Below are positions 9,435 through 20,373 of a stretch of DNA of 64,000 nucleotides, piece after piece. The stretch is taken from positions 19,394 through 83,393 of IMG/VR virus record IMGVR_UViG_3300035565_000042; one strand, 5' to 3'. The DNA is from a virus. Positions within the stretch are counted from its first letter, which is position 1, and each line of letters starts with the position of its first letter. The position numbers and the translations under genes were made by a program. The notes under the pieces were generated by a model. It was not told where the DNA came from. It worked only from the letters and a program-made list of their open reading frames with translations, and did not search any database.

Positions 9435-11351
9435 TTAAAATCCTTCAAAGTTAATTTGTTTCTCTGCCTCGTAATTTGTGAACGGATATACCGTATAAGC
9501 ACTACTGAGATTGCTTATATCCTCTCTCTCAAGAAATCTGTTCGATCTCCTGTCAAATTTAAGCAATACCGGATTGGCCCTGTCGGTAGGAAATCCTGCC
9601 AGCTTATGTTCCTTGTTCTTTTGGATATGGATCTCTGCCAGAGTATTCTGCCATGACGTGCGATCATGCTTGTGAATGCACATCATTGAGTAAGTTGTTG
9701 ATGACCATACCTGGCCGCCAATGAGATCAAACTGACTTGGAGCCGGATAGTTCTTATCCTTATCCCTTGGCGGAGTAGGTGGATGATGACATATCAGGTT
9801 GATCAGATCATTCTTTATTGCGATCCTTACTTCAGCTGCCAACTCTTCCTGAAGATACATATCGATGGATTTGTTCCCAAGGTCATGTTTCAGGTTTTTC
9901 CATGGATCAGTAAGGAATCCATTTATGCCATGTTGCCGAATAAGGTTCTTTTTAACGCGTCTAAGCTCACTTGGTGTGTAGCCTTCCTCATTGTCCACAA
10001 AGAAGAAATGCTTGTCTATATGCCTCTGGATTGCGTCCTGGTAGCGTTTTTTACTCATCCTGTCTCCAAAAGAAATGTCTGCAGTATCTCCTACAAGTAT
10101 TTCAGTCAGGGTATCAATGATATTTTCCGGTGGATAGTTCTCAGGACAATACATTCCCCACTTCCAGTCGTATAGAACAGTTGATATCACTATCAGATTG
10201 AAAAGAAGACTTGACTTACCTTCCCCGGGATAACCATTGCCAAGGACTAACCAGCCAGGCATCCAATTGAAATGCGGATCCAGTGATTTGTATCCTGTTG
10301 AATAACCTTTCTGCCTGCCATTGTCAAAGATTCTTTCCATTTTATCCCAGTACTGGGAAGCTGTTGTCACTCCAGATATCGGATACGGATGTGCATATTC
10401 ATTGGAAAGACTGTTTGCCAGGTATTCCTTTCCCTTAGATACAAGAAGATCATTGGCATCTTTGCATGGAGTACCATCTTGTTTCGTATATTCTGAGAAC
10501 TTAATGTACCGGCATCTGTCCTTGCCAAGTCTCCGGGCCAGCTCCTCACGAAGTTTCAATCCGGGAATATCATCATCGGTAGCAAGATAGATTGTTTCTA
10601 TTTCTTTGAAGTATTCAATGCAGATGTCAAGATAATTGAGGTTGAGGTTCTCCCTGAATCTTCCGGTTCTTTTGAACTCTTCAATCTCCTGCGGTGATAT
10701 TGCTGATCCATTTGGTACGCTTATGACATTCGTGATGCCGGCTTCATGATATGCAAGAACGTCCATCTCTCCTTCAACAATGACAACCGATTTCTGTCCT
10801 TTCATTGCATCAAGATTATAAAATATCTTGGTAGCTCCGGATATCAGTTTGAAATTCTTGTCTTCATCCCTGTACTTTATATCAATGAGTATACCGTCTT
10901 TCTTGTACTTGAAGTTGATGCATTTCCTATTTACATAGGTACCTCGGACACTCTCGTTTCCTTCCTTGACCTTATTCTGAAGTATCGGTTCGGTACTCAT
11001 CGAAATATCAAGATTCAGCAATGTCTGTTTTGAGATTTTCCTTTCTTCCCAAAACCATTTAACCAGACTATCACTTACCGGAAGTGTCTTCTTGGCTTCA
11101 AGGATAGGTTTAATCGTCATCCTGTTATAATAATCCTCATCGACAATATAACCACCTTCATTACAATGGTTACAGCGCCAGGGCCGCGGTATCTTGTTCA
11201 CGTTAATAGCAAGCTTCTTTTCTTTCTGGTGAGCCGGTTCCCGGGTTGGAGAACATATAGGGCATACTATATAAACTTCTCCTGTTGCCGGCATCTTGTC
11301 TTTCGGAATAGTGATATCGAATATGCCTTTGCTTGTTATTATCTTTTCCAT
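9435..11351 (-). CDS. Bifunctional DNA primase-helicase (T7 gp4/Twinkle-like)
   Basis: Zn finger CPIC...CNHC; TOPRIM VEGEMD, ATDDD, KDAND; SF4 Walker A GYPGEGKS, TDPW, CHHP. Confidence 0.92.
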   Translation of the reverse strand: MEKIITSKGIFDITIPKDKMPATGEVYIVCPICSPTREPAHQKEKKLAINVNKIPRPWRCNHCNEGGYIVDEDYYNRMTIKPILEAKKTLPVSDSLVKWFWEERKISKQTLLNLDISMSTEPILQNKVKEGNESVRGTYVNRKCINFKYKKDGILIDIKYRDEDKNFKLISGATKIFYNLDAMKGQKSVVIVEGEMDVLAYHEAGITNVISVPNGSAISPQEIEEFKRTGRFRENLNLNYLDICIEYFKEIETIYLATDDDIPGLKLREELARRLGKDRCRYIKFSEYTKQDGTPCKDANDLLVSKGKEYLANSLSNEYAHPYPISGVTTASQYWDKMERIFDNGRQKGYSTGYKSLDPHFNWMPGWLVLGNGYPGEGKSSLLFNLIVISTVLYDWKWGMYCPENYPPENIIDTLTEILVGDTADISFGDRMSKKRYQDAIQRHIDKHFFFVDNEEGYTPSELRRVKKNLIRQHGINGFLTDPWKNLKHDLGNKSIDMYLQEELAAEVRIAIKNDLINLICHHPPTPPRDKDKNYPAPSQFDLIGGQVWSSTTYSMMCIHKHDRTSWQNTLAEIHIQKNKEHKLAGFPTDRANPVLLKFDRRSNRFLEREDISNLSSAYTVYPFTNYEAEKQINFEGF

Positions 11352-12014
11352 CTATTTGCTTGCCTCCTTTGCATAAGCTTTGTTAACTTCTTCTCTTGTT
11401 ACTGGCTTGACAGCATTTTCTGCCGGCCGATTCATTCCAAGTTTCTCTTTGAGGTCATTACGATATTTCTGCCAGTCCTCAAGATACCGTTCATTTTCAG
11501 GATTAAGAAATACCTGAGCCATCAACTTCTGTCTGGCAAAACCATTCTTATGTTCCAAAATAAGATATTCAAAATAATATCTGCGCTGATCAGATAGGAA
11601 ATCTCTGGAATACTTTCTGCGAACCTTAATATAATATTCAAGAGCTTTCTTTCTTACACCTGGCCATGCAACCTTGCCATCCTCTTTCCAAAAGAATTCA
11701 TCAAACTCTTTTTCGATGTCTGCGAATCCATCCATCCACTTTGAAGTGACAATACATTCATCGCCTTTGATGATAATGAATCCTTTCAGAATAAGTCCTT
11801 TTAGGATCTGTTGCTGGTTATCCGGAGAGAAACCTGTTTGTATATATGTCGATAATGTATCAGCGACTTCACCCTTGTCTTGTTTTCGGGCCATATGATC
11901 AAGGAACGCATATTCACTGCAGTTAAGTCCAAGACTTACTCTTGCAGCATGATTGATCGTAGTACTGCCGACTATAGCCGGAGCCTTCGATTTATAACTA
12001 TCAAGACTTGCCAT
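11352..12014 (-). CDS. Hypothetical protein, possibly replication initiator/loader-associated
   Basis: Abuts the primase gene; winged-helix-like N-terminus and FDEFFW...P...KKKA-like C-terminal motif. Confidence 0.4.
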   Translation of the reverse strand: MASLDSYKSKAPAIVGSTTINHAARVSLGLNCSEYAFLDHMARKQDKGEVADTLSTYIQTGFSPDNQQQILKGLILKGFIIIKGDECIVTSKWMDGFADIEKEFDEFFWKEDGKVAWPGVRKKALEYYIKVRRKYSRDFLSDQRRYYFEYLILEHKNGFARQKLMAQVFLNPENERYLEDWQKYRNDLKEKLGMNRPAENAVKPVTREEVNKAYAKEASK

Positions 12015-12039
12015 AAATAATTGTTTGAAAGTGGAATAA

Positions 12040-12465
12040 CTACTTTTTTTTGTCAGAAGGTTTTATTGATAGATCGCCTTCCGTATCTTTCTCCAGCTTG
12101 ACAATCCGCGGTGTGCCGGGTATTGCTGTTGGCGTAATCCATTTGATGAATGACAAAAACCTTGCGTTCCAGCGGATGATCTCTTCCTTGGACTCAGCAT
12201 CACGCATGACAACAAAGACTCTGTATCCATCCGATGAGGCTTCCAGATATGGTACAAGTTGTTTATCGGGGCTTGCTGACGTGACATATGCCTGACCATT
12301 GGCAATCTTGGTAAACGATGCGATTGTATGACCTTTCGTTATATGCATCATCCAATCTGTCTTCTCAACGGGATCACCAATATCCGGCGGATTTGGTCCT
12401 TTGTTCTTCAATTTCTTCTTTTCAGCTTTACGCTGATCCAATGTTTTCTGACTTGTTATACTCAT
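12040..12465 (-). CDS. Hypothetical protein
   Basis: 141-aa ORF coupled to the helicase gene. Confidence 0.6.
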   Translation of the reverse strand: MSITSQKTLDQRKAEKKKLKNKGPNPPDIGDPVEKTDWMMHITKGHTIASFTKIANGQAYVTSASPDKQLVPYLEASSDGYRVFVVMRDAESKEEIIRWNARFLSFIKWITPTAIPGTPRIVKLEKDTEGDLSIKPSDKKK

Positions 12466-13982
12466 GACTTCAATTTGTTAATTATGTTTTCTCTTGTCTT
12501 ATCATCAATAACGAATTTTTCCTTGATGTCAATAGCCTGTTTTACTCTCTGGTACTGACCTACGGTAGCTCCATGAGTAACATCATATCCTTTGACAGCA
12601 AGATAACGTATCTGCCATTCCTGGCATGGTAGGTTGCTTATTAGTTCTGAGGCCTGCATCTTTGTATACTCGGTATCCTCAACCCATATCTGAGCTCTTT
12701 TAAGCCAGTCGATTTGTTTCTCGGTAGCCGGTTCAAGCATTTTCTCACTACTCCATACTTTGACTTGTGGAAGCTTTAGCAGGTCTATCTTCTTATCTTT
12801 GCCATAACTAAGCTGAACATATCTCTCTCTGCGCTTACGTTCTTCTTCCAGAAGTTTCTCTTTATGTTCTTTTGGAAGGAACAACTTATCAGCAATAGGT
12901 ACATCTTTCTCGAGCTCGTAAGCATTGATCAGTGATAACCGGCCGGTATTGTCTACGAAGTCAAGAACAATACATGCATCGGAACTATATTTCTGAACAA
13001 ATGTCTGAGATTTCAACCTTGTCCCCCTGCCAAGACATTGAATATACAAAGTCTCTGATTGTGTGGGCCGGCACATCATAATACATCCGATATCATTGTA
13101 GTCAAATCCTTCGGTTAGGATCTCGCAGTTTGTGAGAACTGTTATCGATCCATCTTTAAATCCTTTGATCAGTTCTGAACGGTTATCACAACGATCCTTG
13201 TCTGAAGATACTGTCTCACATATGATACCATTCTTCCGGAATTCATCACGAAGATGATAAGCATGATTAATGTCCACACAATAGGCTATGCCTTGCCGGC
13301 CGGGTGTGTATTGCTTGTATTTCTGAACGATGAGATTATTTCTCAGTTCACTGTCGACCACTTCGCTTAATTGCTTCTGATTGAAATCTCCGGCCACTCT
13401 CTTGACCTTACTGATGTCTGCCTGAGTCTTTACCTGATATGCCTCTACAGTGGCTAAAAACCCGTCTTTGATGCCATCAGCGATGTTATACTCAAATACA
13501 AGTTTGTCAAACAGATTTGACAATGATAATCCATCAAGACGTTTTGGTGTAGCTGTCCATCCTGTCATCAGCTTTGGAGTCCAATGCCTGGCTGTCTCAA
13601 GAAAAGTTCGGCTGGCATAATGATGACATTCATCTATGACAATGAGCTGGAATGTATCAGGATTAATTTTATCAAGACGATTAAATAGAGTCTGTACTGA
13701 GGCAACAACTATCTTTTTGTCGATCTCAAAAGATTTCTGTTTGACTATGCCTACATTTAAAGGATAGTATTTCTCAATCTCATCATATGCCTGTTGCATG
13801 AGTTCTTCACGATGAACAATGAAAAGACTTCTTGGGAAGTGTTGCATTAGATCTACAGCAGCGAGTCTTTTGCCCGTCCCTGTTGCGGCAACGATTAGTT
13901 GTTTGGTAACGCCCTTATCATAATTCTCCTTGATTGCTTTTTTGCATTCGACCTGGTATGGCCGCCAGTTAATATCTACCAT
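12462..13982 (-). CDS. Superfamily 2 (DEAD/DEAH, ResIII-like) helicase
   Basis: [34 protein letters not shown]. Confidence 0.93.
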   Translation of the reverse strand: MVDINWRPYQVECKKAIKENYDKGVTKQLIVAATGTGKRLAAVDLMQHFPRSLFIVHREELMQQAYDEIEKYYPLNVGIVKQKSFEIDKKIVVASVQTLFNRLDKINPDTFQLIVIDECHHYASRTFLETARHWTPKLMTGWTATPKRLDGLSLSNLFDKLVFEYNIADGIKDGFLATVEAYQVKTQADISKVKRVAGDFNQKQLSEVVDSELRNNLIVQKYKQYTPGRQGIAYCVDINHAYHLRDEFRKNGIICETVSSDKDRCDNRSELIKGFKDGSITVLTNCEILTEGFDYNDIGCIMMCRPTQSETLYIQCLGRGTRLKSQTFVQKYSSDACIVLDFVDNTGRLSLINAYELEKDVPIADKLFLPKEHKEKLLEEERKRRERYVQLSYGKDKKIDLLKLPQVKVWSSEKMLEPATEKQIDWLKRAQIWVEDTEYTKMQASELISNLPCQEWQIRYLAVKGYDVTHGATVGQYQRVKQAIDIKEKFVIDDKTRENIINKLKS

Positions 13983-14385
13983 TGATATGCTCTTTGATCA
14001 TTTCCATTAGTTCTGCATTCTGATGTTCAGGACTCGTTTCTATATGTCGTTCCTTTATCAGTTCTCTTGCTCTTGTAAGCCAGTTAATGACTATGAAGTC
14101 TTTTGTGTCTATCATGTCATTTACAGTCTTGATAGCATGAAGAACTGTAGCATGATCTCTTCCTCCATGCCGGGCCCCGATTGTAGCCAGACTTTGTTTT
14201 GTTAGTTCCTTGCAAAGAGACATCGATATCTGCCTGGCAACGACATATTCCCTTTTCCTTGCTCCCTTTGTCTTGTCGGGCATAAGCATTTCTTCCTTGC
14301 TTATCTCTGCAGCTGAGGCAGCACAGTCGATAATATCGCTTATAGCGAAGTAATCGGTTTGTGGTAAACTATTATTTCCTTCCAT
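13969..14385 (-). CDS. Stand-alone DnaA C-terminal (domain IV) DNA-binding protein
   Basis: [44 protein letters not shown] is the DnaA domain IV signature; no AAA+ domain. Confidence 0.9.
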   Translation of the reverse strand: MEGNNSLPQTDYFAISDIIDCAASAAEISKEEMLMPDKTKGARKREYVVARQISMSLCKELTKQSLATIGARHGGRDHATVLHAIKTVNDMIDTKDFIVINWLTRARELIKERHIETSPEHQNAELMEMIKEHINGRY

Positions 14386-14427
14386 CTGTTTTTGTGTTGG
14401 TTGTCAATAATAAGATAATTATTTTTA

Positions 14428-15015
14428 TTAAGTAGATAACTTCGGATTTATGAGTAGATCACTCCGGATTGATTCAAGGTATTCTTTTATGAGTACTTTC
14501 TTGAACTTGATTTTTCGTGGTTTGCCGGTGTTATCAGTGAACTGGTATGCTTTAGGAATGAATGTTTCAGCGAATAACTGGACAGGGATTATCTTCTGTA
14601 CATAGATATGATATTTCTGATATACCCACTTCATATTCAACGGGAATGTTATCGCAGACGTATTGTGAGGCCCTATGAAAGTTCCTTTGACATCTATTAC
14701 TGAAAAGTTGGTTTTTCCCTGAGCAACGAAGATGGCATCTTTGACATTGCACTTCTGGTTGAGATTAAGAAATATCTTTCCTATCCATTCCGGGTTCCAG
14801 TGTATCAGGAAGTCAGCCTGGTACTGATGATCATTGATAATTACCGAGTCTTTGGAAACAGTCTTTGTTTTGAGTATCTTGTCGTAGACATGGACTATTC
14901 GATCACTAAGGATGAAAGGCTTTGGATGGTAGTGCCAATCTGTTATCACTCTATTTTCGCGTAACTCTTCCAGATACCACGAGAAGTAGAGTTCTTCTGA
15001 ACTATCATACTGCAT
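14428..15015 (-). CDS. PD-(D/E)XK nuclease, DUF1064-like
   Basis: YDSSEE, YQADF, VIDVKG. Confidence 0.7.
   Translation of the reverse strand: MQYDSSEELYFSWYLEELRENRVITDWHYHPKPFILSDRIVHVYDKILKTKTVSKDSVIINDHQYQADFLIHWNPEWIGKIFLNLNQKCNVKDAIFVAQGKTNFSVIDVKGTFIGPHNTSAITFPLNMKWVYQKYHIYVQKIIPVQLFAETFIPKAYQFTDNTGKPRKIKFKKVLIKEYLESIRSDLLINPKLST
14431..14463 (-). promoter_or_regulatory. Paired 11-bp boxes, locus 1
   Basis: AGTAGATAACT (14431) and AGTAGATCACT (14453), 22 bp apart, about 45 bp upstream of the DnaA-domain gene. Confidence 0.6.
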
Positions 15016-15091
15016 AAATGAAAATGTTAACGTATCTCGCGATAAAGATATAAAAAAAGACCGATACGTTTTCCATATCGACCCTAATTAA

Positions 15092-15574
15092 TTACTTTAT
15101 TTTTAAAACAAGTTCTTTGACTAATTTGTCAAGAAGTTCGGTAATTTCCTTGCTTCCTTTTGTTAGCTGAGCAATGCTGAGTTGATGGCAAAGGTATTCC
15201 TGTACAGAAGTTGTTCTCCATCCTTTCATGTTTTCAAATCCTTCAGGGACGAGAGCATTAATAGAAGGCATTGGAAATTTACTTGACTTGTACCAGGAAA
15301 GGAATGAACACTGAGTAGATTCGATATCCCTCTGAACTCTCGAATAATACTTGTCAGGTTTTTCTACGGTTATCGCTTTATCGACATCTTTTGCAAGTGC
15401 AATAAGACATGAGAAATTCTGACCGAGAGTTGTTCTGGCAAAATCTTTCTCAAAGTTCAAATACTCTTTCGATTTCAGGATCTTGTCTATTCGCTCCTGT
15501 ACGATAGTGTTGATTCGGTTTGCACCTTCTGTTGCAAGGGTCTTCAGTTCTGTTGGCGTTAATTGTCTGTTCAT
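15092..15574 (-). CDS. Hypothetical protein
   Basis: 160-aa ORF with A-rich leader, followed by a hairpin and T tract. Confidence 0.6.
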   Translation of the reverse strand: MNRQLTPTELKTLATEGANRINTIVQERIDKILKSKEYLNFEKDFARTTLGQNFSCLIALAKDVDKAITVEKPDKYYSRVQRDIESTQCSFLSWYKSSKFPMPSINALVPEGFENMKGWRTTSVQEYLCHQLSIAQLTKGSKEITELLDKLVKELVLKIK

Positions 15575-15608
15575 TTTTTAAGTTTTACTTTGGTTATGAA
15601 ATTGGCTT

Positions 15609-16262
15609 TTATAAGATTCCGTTATCTGCAAAAGAATAGTATTCCTTCTCTGAAACAATGATATGATCCAGAAGCTGAACATCAAATATATTTCCGGCTT
15701 CTTTTACTTTTTGTGTTATCCTGGTATCGGATTCACTCGGGTTAAGATTGCCCGATGGATGGTTATGACAGATTATCAGTCCGGATGCTTTGTATTCAAG
15801 GGCAACACGAAGTATTATCCTGATATCAGTTACTGTCCCATTGATTCCTCCTTGGCTCATTTTTTCTCTGTGAAGAATTTTATTGCTCCTATTTAGGTAA
15901 ACAACCCAGAATTCTTCATGATCGAGATCCTGCAGATATGGTGTAAATAGATCGGCCATGTCTTTAGAACATTTGATCTGGAACCTATCAGGAAATGCCT
16001 GAATGGATCTTCTTTTCATAAATTCTCCGGTTGCGATTAACCTTGTTGCCTGGGAATGAGATAAACCATTCTTTACCATGTCTGCATAACTCAACTTTGT
16101 AACCATGTTAAAATTGAATTCGCAATGGCTATAGATTATTCTGGCGCGTTCAATGGAATTCGTACCTGCCATTATGATAGAAAGAGTTTCAACATCAGAT
16201 AGGGTATTCACTCCTTTGTCTATGATCTTGTAGTTAGGATCATCAAGTCTTTTTTGTTTCAT
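15609..16262 (-). CDS. radC: RadC family JAB/MPN domain protein
   Basis: LSDVETLSII, EEFWVVYLNRSNKI, HNHPSG, SESD, LLDHII. Confidence 0.92.
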   Translation of the reverse strand: MKQKRLDDPNYKIIDKGVNTLSDVETLSIIMAGTNSIERARIIYSHCEFNFNMVTKLSYADMVKNGLSHSQATRLIATGEFMKRRSIQAFPDRFQIKCSKDMADLFTPYLQDLDHEEFWVVYLNRSNKILHREKMSQGGINGTVTDIRIILRVALEYKASGLIICHNHPSGNLNPSESDTRITQKVKEAGNIFDVQLLDHIIVSEKEYYSFADNGIL

Positions 16263-16412
16263 ACGTCTTCCTCCGTTAATATTCCATGTTCGATAAGTTT
16301 TGCATTGAATTCCTTTTCAAGTTCCTTACGAAGAGTAAACATTGCATTCAGAGCTATCTGCTCGTAGGTACTGATGTTTGCTGAGGCTTTCTTTTCGGCC
16401 TCATAGATTTCT

Positions 16413-16715
16413 TTATTTGTCCTCGCCATATACTTTCTTAATTATGGAAAGTGAATGTTCAGCAACCATCTCGTTTATATCAATGATGTTCTTTGATGAA
16501 GCGTCAATGCCAAGATATCTCTCGACATACAGTTCGGCAAGATTTAGCGGAGAACCTACTATTTTGTTCTCCATGTATGACCAGACGAAATATCCTCTTG
16601 GATCAACATTAAGAAGATTGATACAGTCATCCACGAAGTTCTGTGGCAGGGCCGTATCAATACTTCTCTTTTCGTCATCAGCCAATACCAGGTCTATGAG
16701 TTGTCCTTTTGTCAT
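16413..16715 (-). CDS. Hypothetical protein
   Basis: 100-aa ORF in a co-directional run. Confidence 0.5.
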   Translation of the reverse strand: MTKGQLIDLVLADDEKRSIDTALPQNFVDDCINLLNVDPRGYFVWSYMENKIVGSPLNLAELYVERYLGIDASSKNIIDINEMVAEHSLSIIKKVYGEDK

Positions 16716-16913
16716 GGTATCTATATTACAAGTTCAAGCGTTTCTTTATCTCCGTATGCTGATAAATGAAGTTGGGCACAGAATTCCAGAAGCTTGTCGT
16801 AAACATATTCATCCTCACAGATTACCTTTCGGCTCCATATAGTCTCAATAAAATCTTTATCAGACTTTATAGAGTCGACCATTTTTCTTGTTACAAGAAG
16901 TTGTTCTGGCATC

Positions 16914-17171
16914 TCAGATCTGCTTTAATTGTCCTAATACAACTCTGTACGGAACTTTAGTATAGAGTCTGTCCGGAGTCTTTACTTCTTCATTGAAGTA
17001 CTTACCGACATGTAAAGTCGGAACGAGCATCTTGTTGAACTTCTCAATAGGAACATTGTCATAAGCATAGACATTTCCATTAAGGAACTCAACATAAAGT
17101 TTCCTTGTGTCCGGATCGTATCCTACGGATCTGATCATCTTGGACGATACTGGGTGCATTGTGATATTCAT
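16914..17171 (-). CDS. KTSC domain protein
   Basis: VSSKMIRSVGYDPDTRKLYVEF.NG.VYAY.NVP...GKYFN. Confidence 0.88.
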   Translation of the reverse strand: MNITMHPVSSKMIRSVGYDPDTRKLYVEFLNGNVYAYDNVPIEKFNKMLVPTLHVGKYFNEEVKTPDRLYTKVPYRVVLGQLKQI

Positions 17172-17347
17172 TGGTCGTTCTTTTGGGATTCATACTTTGC
17201 CTCTCCTTCCTGTTCACGAAGGTCATCCTTCTCATCTTCTGACAAAGGATTTTCTTCTTCGTTCCATGGAGCTCGCGGATCATTGTCTGAACCGATTGGT
17301 AAATAACCGTCACTCATTTTATTTAAAGTTTGTGAATGGAATAATTG

Positions 17348-18661
17348 CTATGCCACTTCTTTCACGCGTTTCCGCGACTTACTGGCTTTCTCGATGGCAG
17401 GTATGCAACTCTGGGCGAGCTTTACAATTTTTCTATGATACTTTGAATCTTTGTTGCAGGCACCTCTTGCCTGAATAAGCTTCATACTTACCAGCGATAC
17501 TTCTATAGTCTCAAGGAATTTGTTGTTTTTTCTGGCTGAGAGAATAAGAGTATCTGGCTTTTTGTGATAATCATTCGAGTACACGCAATGGTGAAGTGCT
17601 TTGCCTTCCATGTAGATTTCCTTTACGTGTCTTGGGACAACAATCTTTATTTCTCCATCTGCAAATGCCAATCCTATGAATTTGCCTTTGAGTTTCTGGT
17701 ACTCAATATTTGCCTTTTCAAGTTCTGCTTCAATCCGGGCCAGTTCTTCCTTGTTACGTATCTTCTGTCTCCTGTCTATAAGTTTCTGATGTTCCTTGTT
17801 AAGATTTGCCGGGCAGATGAACTTTGGATTGTGTGTATCCTTATGGAAATATTCAAGTAGTTCAAGATGATCGAGCCACATACTCGTATCACGGATGATA
17901 TAACCATTGCGGATACATATCTTGATCTGTTGCCAGTATTTCGTCCAAAGCTTATCCTTTGGCTCGAATGCCTTCAGAAGACTTATCTGACCAGTTTTAA
18001 GCAAAGTTTCAGCTATCGGATATGCAAGGATAATATGGAAGAACCAAGACTGGTTAAACTCATGGAAATTGCCTTTAAATCCATTCCTACGGATAATAGG
18101 CAATATCTTCCTTCCAGGGAAAGTAGGAATTTTGTTTATGAAATATGTATCGTTATCATTTCGTCTTACCTCCATTGGTGTATCGTAACACCATGCAGTC
18201 TGTCCTGATCTCCAGCCACCCATTGAATTTTTCTTTATCGCAAGGACAGTAAACCTACCATCAGGTGCTATCCAGTGCTGGTACACCTCGATACATGAGT
18301 AACTGGCTTTATATCCTTTCTTGTAATACTGCATTAAAAAGAACATTCTTACTATCTGAAATCCATGAAAGGTAGTCATGATCTGGAAATATCCCCATTC
18401 CTGTTTGCTCCAAGCCTTACTATCAGTTACCTTCAGTTTGTTCTTACACTTAGGGCAATCACAACCAAGCAATGAACTAATGAGATTGGTTTCAACATTC
18501 CAGGCATGACCACACTCAAAACATACAGTGGTGTGTTTTGTCTTGTATGCCCATCTTGTGAATACTTTCTTCCATGCCCATTCCTTATGCTTGTTTGTGA
18601 TCTTCGGAAGCTTGGCACTCAGTTTTATTACTTCATGATGAAGTTTTGTCTGTGGTTTCAT
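17348..18661 (-). CDS. PcfJ-like protein
   Basis: MKPQTK start, Zn ribbon CFECG...CPKC, WLDHLELL, EGKALHHCV, ETIEVSL...Q.RG.CN. Confidence 0.85.
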   Translation of the reverse strand: MKPQTKLHHEVIKLSAKLPKITNKHKEWAWKKVFTRWAYKTKHTTVCFECGHAWNVETNLISSLLGCDCPKCKNKLKVTDSKAWSKQEWGYFQIMTTFHGFQIVRMFFLMQYYKKGYKASYSCIEVYQHWIAPDGRFTVLAIKKNSMGGWRSGQTAWCYDTPMEVRRNDNDTYFINKIPTFPGRKILPIIRRNGFKGNFHEFNQSWFFHIILAYPIAETLLKTGQISLLKAFEPKDKLWTKYWQQIKICIRNGYIIRDTSMWLDHLELLEYFHKDTHNPKFICPANLNKEHQKLIDRRQKIRNKEELARIEAELEKANIEYQKLKGKFIGLAFADGEIKIVVPRHVKEIYMEGKALHHCVYSNDYHKKPDTLILSARKNNKFLETIEVSLVSMKLIQARGACNKDSKYHRKIVKLAQSCIPAIEKASKSRKRVKEVA

Positions 18662-18899
18662 TTTACTTTTATTAGCTGATATGATCCCCATCCTTTCTCA
18701 AAATGAGTACATTTTTCCTGCTTTGCAAGTTGTTTAGCGCGAGTTATAGCTGCAGTTTTGCTGGAAGCATAGAATGTGATGCATCCTGGATTTGCAAGTA
18801 TTTCGCAACTAAGATCATCTACAGATAAGCATAACTGAGCTATTTTCTGATTATCGGAGTAATCCTTATATACCCCGAAATAATACTTGAGTGTTTTCA

Positions 18900-19337
18900 T
18901 CAAAATAAGGATTGTTCAACCGGTTTTGTTTCAGTAACGATCTTCTTATCATCCTCTTTCTTCTCTACGGTAGTTGAGGTAGGCTTGGCTCTCATCTTCT
19001 TCTTGATCTCATTCTTGAGTTCTTCGATAGCCTTGACTTTCGCTTCAGCTTTCTCTTCTTCGGTGAGATGCACGGTATGGTTTACAACGACCTGGCAATC
19101 CATTTTAGAACCTACATTGATATTGTCCTCATCGAAGTAATGGATTGCCATGTTATAGACTTCATCATCAGTAAAGCCACTGCAACCACTATTCTTGACG
19201 GTATTCAAGATGTATGTAATGCAATCATCCATATTCTTGCCAGGCTTCTGAACTATCTTTGCAAAGAGCGGATCCTTCATGGCACGGCTGACCAGATAAT
19301 CTCTGATTGTCTGCTTAAATGCTGGTGTTGTTTTCAT
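18900..19337 (-). CDS. PcfK-like protein (family includes AcrIIA9)
   Basis: FKQTIRDYL...DPLFA...KNMDDCITYILN...GFTDDEVYNMAIHYFDED...VVVNH...QSLF. Confidence 0.85.
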   Translation of the reverse strand: MKTTPAFKQTIRDYLVSRAMKDPLFAKIVQKPGKNMDDCITYILNTVKNSGCSGFTDDEVYNMAIHYFDEDNINVGSKMDCQVVVNHTVHLTEEEKAEAKVKAIEELKNEIKKKMRAKPTSTTVEKKEDDKKIVTETKPVEQSLF

Positions 19338-19705
19338 TATCTGTTTGGTATTATTTTTCTGAAAATGATTTGATCTGAACAATACTCTTTCTCAAGATTA
19401 TTAAAGTAATACATCGATCCTTTCGGAATAATAAATTCACCAATGACAGATACATCTGAGTATGATCTGTCAGGTTTGTAAGAATAAGAGTGAAATCCTG
19501 CTTCAACTGTTTGTCGATGATCAGGGCTGTAGCCAAGAGAAAGTACTTGTTTATAAACAACATTAGCAATATACAGGAATCGGAATAGTGAAGATACAAA
19601 TTGTGTATCATTGCAATATAACCATCTTCCTGTCGTTTTATAGCAAATGATATCAGCTTTTGCTTTTCTTGGCTTCGACCAATTGTGCAATATTATTAAA
19701 CACAT
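19337..19705 (-). CDS. Hypothetical phage protein
   Basis: MCL...DIICYK...GFHSY...FIIPKGS.YY...YCSDQI pattern seen in Bacteroidota phage proteins. Confidence 0.6.
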   Translation of the reverse strand: MCLIILHNWSKPRKAKADIICYKTTGRWLYCNDTQFVSSLFRFLYIANVVYKQVLSLGYSPDHRQTVEAGFHSYSYKPDRSYSDVSVIGEFIIPKGSMYYFNNLEKEYCSDQIIFRKIIPNR

Positions 19706-19823
19706 CTTTTTCTTCTGGATTTAATTCAAGATAACCGTAAGGAATAACAACAGGAACACCATTATTTTAGTGCTCAGATTATTTAGCTCTTTTAGTTGTT
19801 CTTGTGTCATCTTATTTCTGTTA

Positions 19824-20111
19824 TTAATCTAATATTGAGTTTAAGAAATTTAATGCTTCTTCTCCGAATTTTGTTCTGACGTATTCCTGCATGGCAATAC
19901 CTTCTTGTCCTTTGTATGTACAATTCTCAGGATCGTAATCAGAATCATGTTGAGCAAATTTTTCGTCAAGTTTTATGATGTCTACCTGAGCTTTATTTGG
20001 GCCAGATAGTACTGTTAAGAGCATATCAATAGGCGGATCCATATTGAAATACCTTCGAAACGATCTTTGAAGCTGTGGTATAGTCATCTTATTTCTTTTT
20101 ATAGAATTCAA
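19824..20111 (-). CDS. Hypothetical protein
   Basis: ORF in a co-directional run. Confidence 0.5.
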   Translation of the reverse strand: MNSIKRNKMTIPQLQRSFRRYFNMDPPIDMLLTVLSGPNKAQVDIIKLDEKFAQHDSDYDPENCTYKGQEGIAMQEYVRTKFGEEALNFLNSILD

Positions 20112-20373
20112 TCACTTCTTTTATCTCTTCAATGGAAAACATTGGCATCCTGCCAAGAATATCACCAGTTTTTGGCTTCCATCGGACGAGTTCGACCTCA
20201 CGAGTCTCACTATCCCATGTAAGATATATTCCCTTTGCAAGTTTCATCTCCACAAGAAACCATTCATAACCATGTTGATCAAGAAAGACATTGTCGTATT
20301 GTTGTTTCTGGACAAATCCGAGATCGATCATGTCTTTGTACCTGAATTTTACAGGTCCTGTTGCCATTACCAT
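20089..20373 (-). CDS. Hypothetical protein
   Basis: ORF in a co-directional run. Confidence 0.5.
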   Translation of the reverse strand: MVMATGPVKFRYKDMIDLGFVQKQQYDNVFLDQHGYEWFLVEMKLAKGIYLTWDSETREVELVRWKPKTGDILGRMPMFSIEEIKEVIEFYKKK

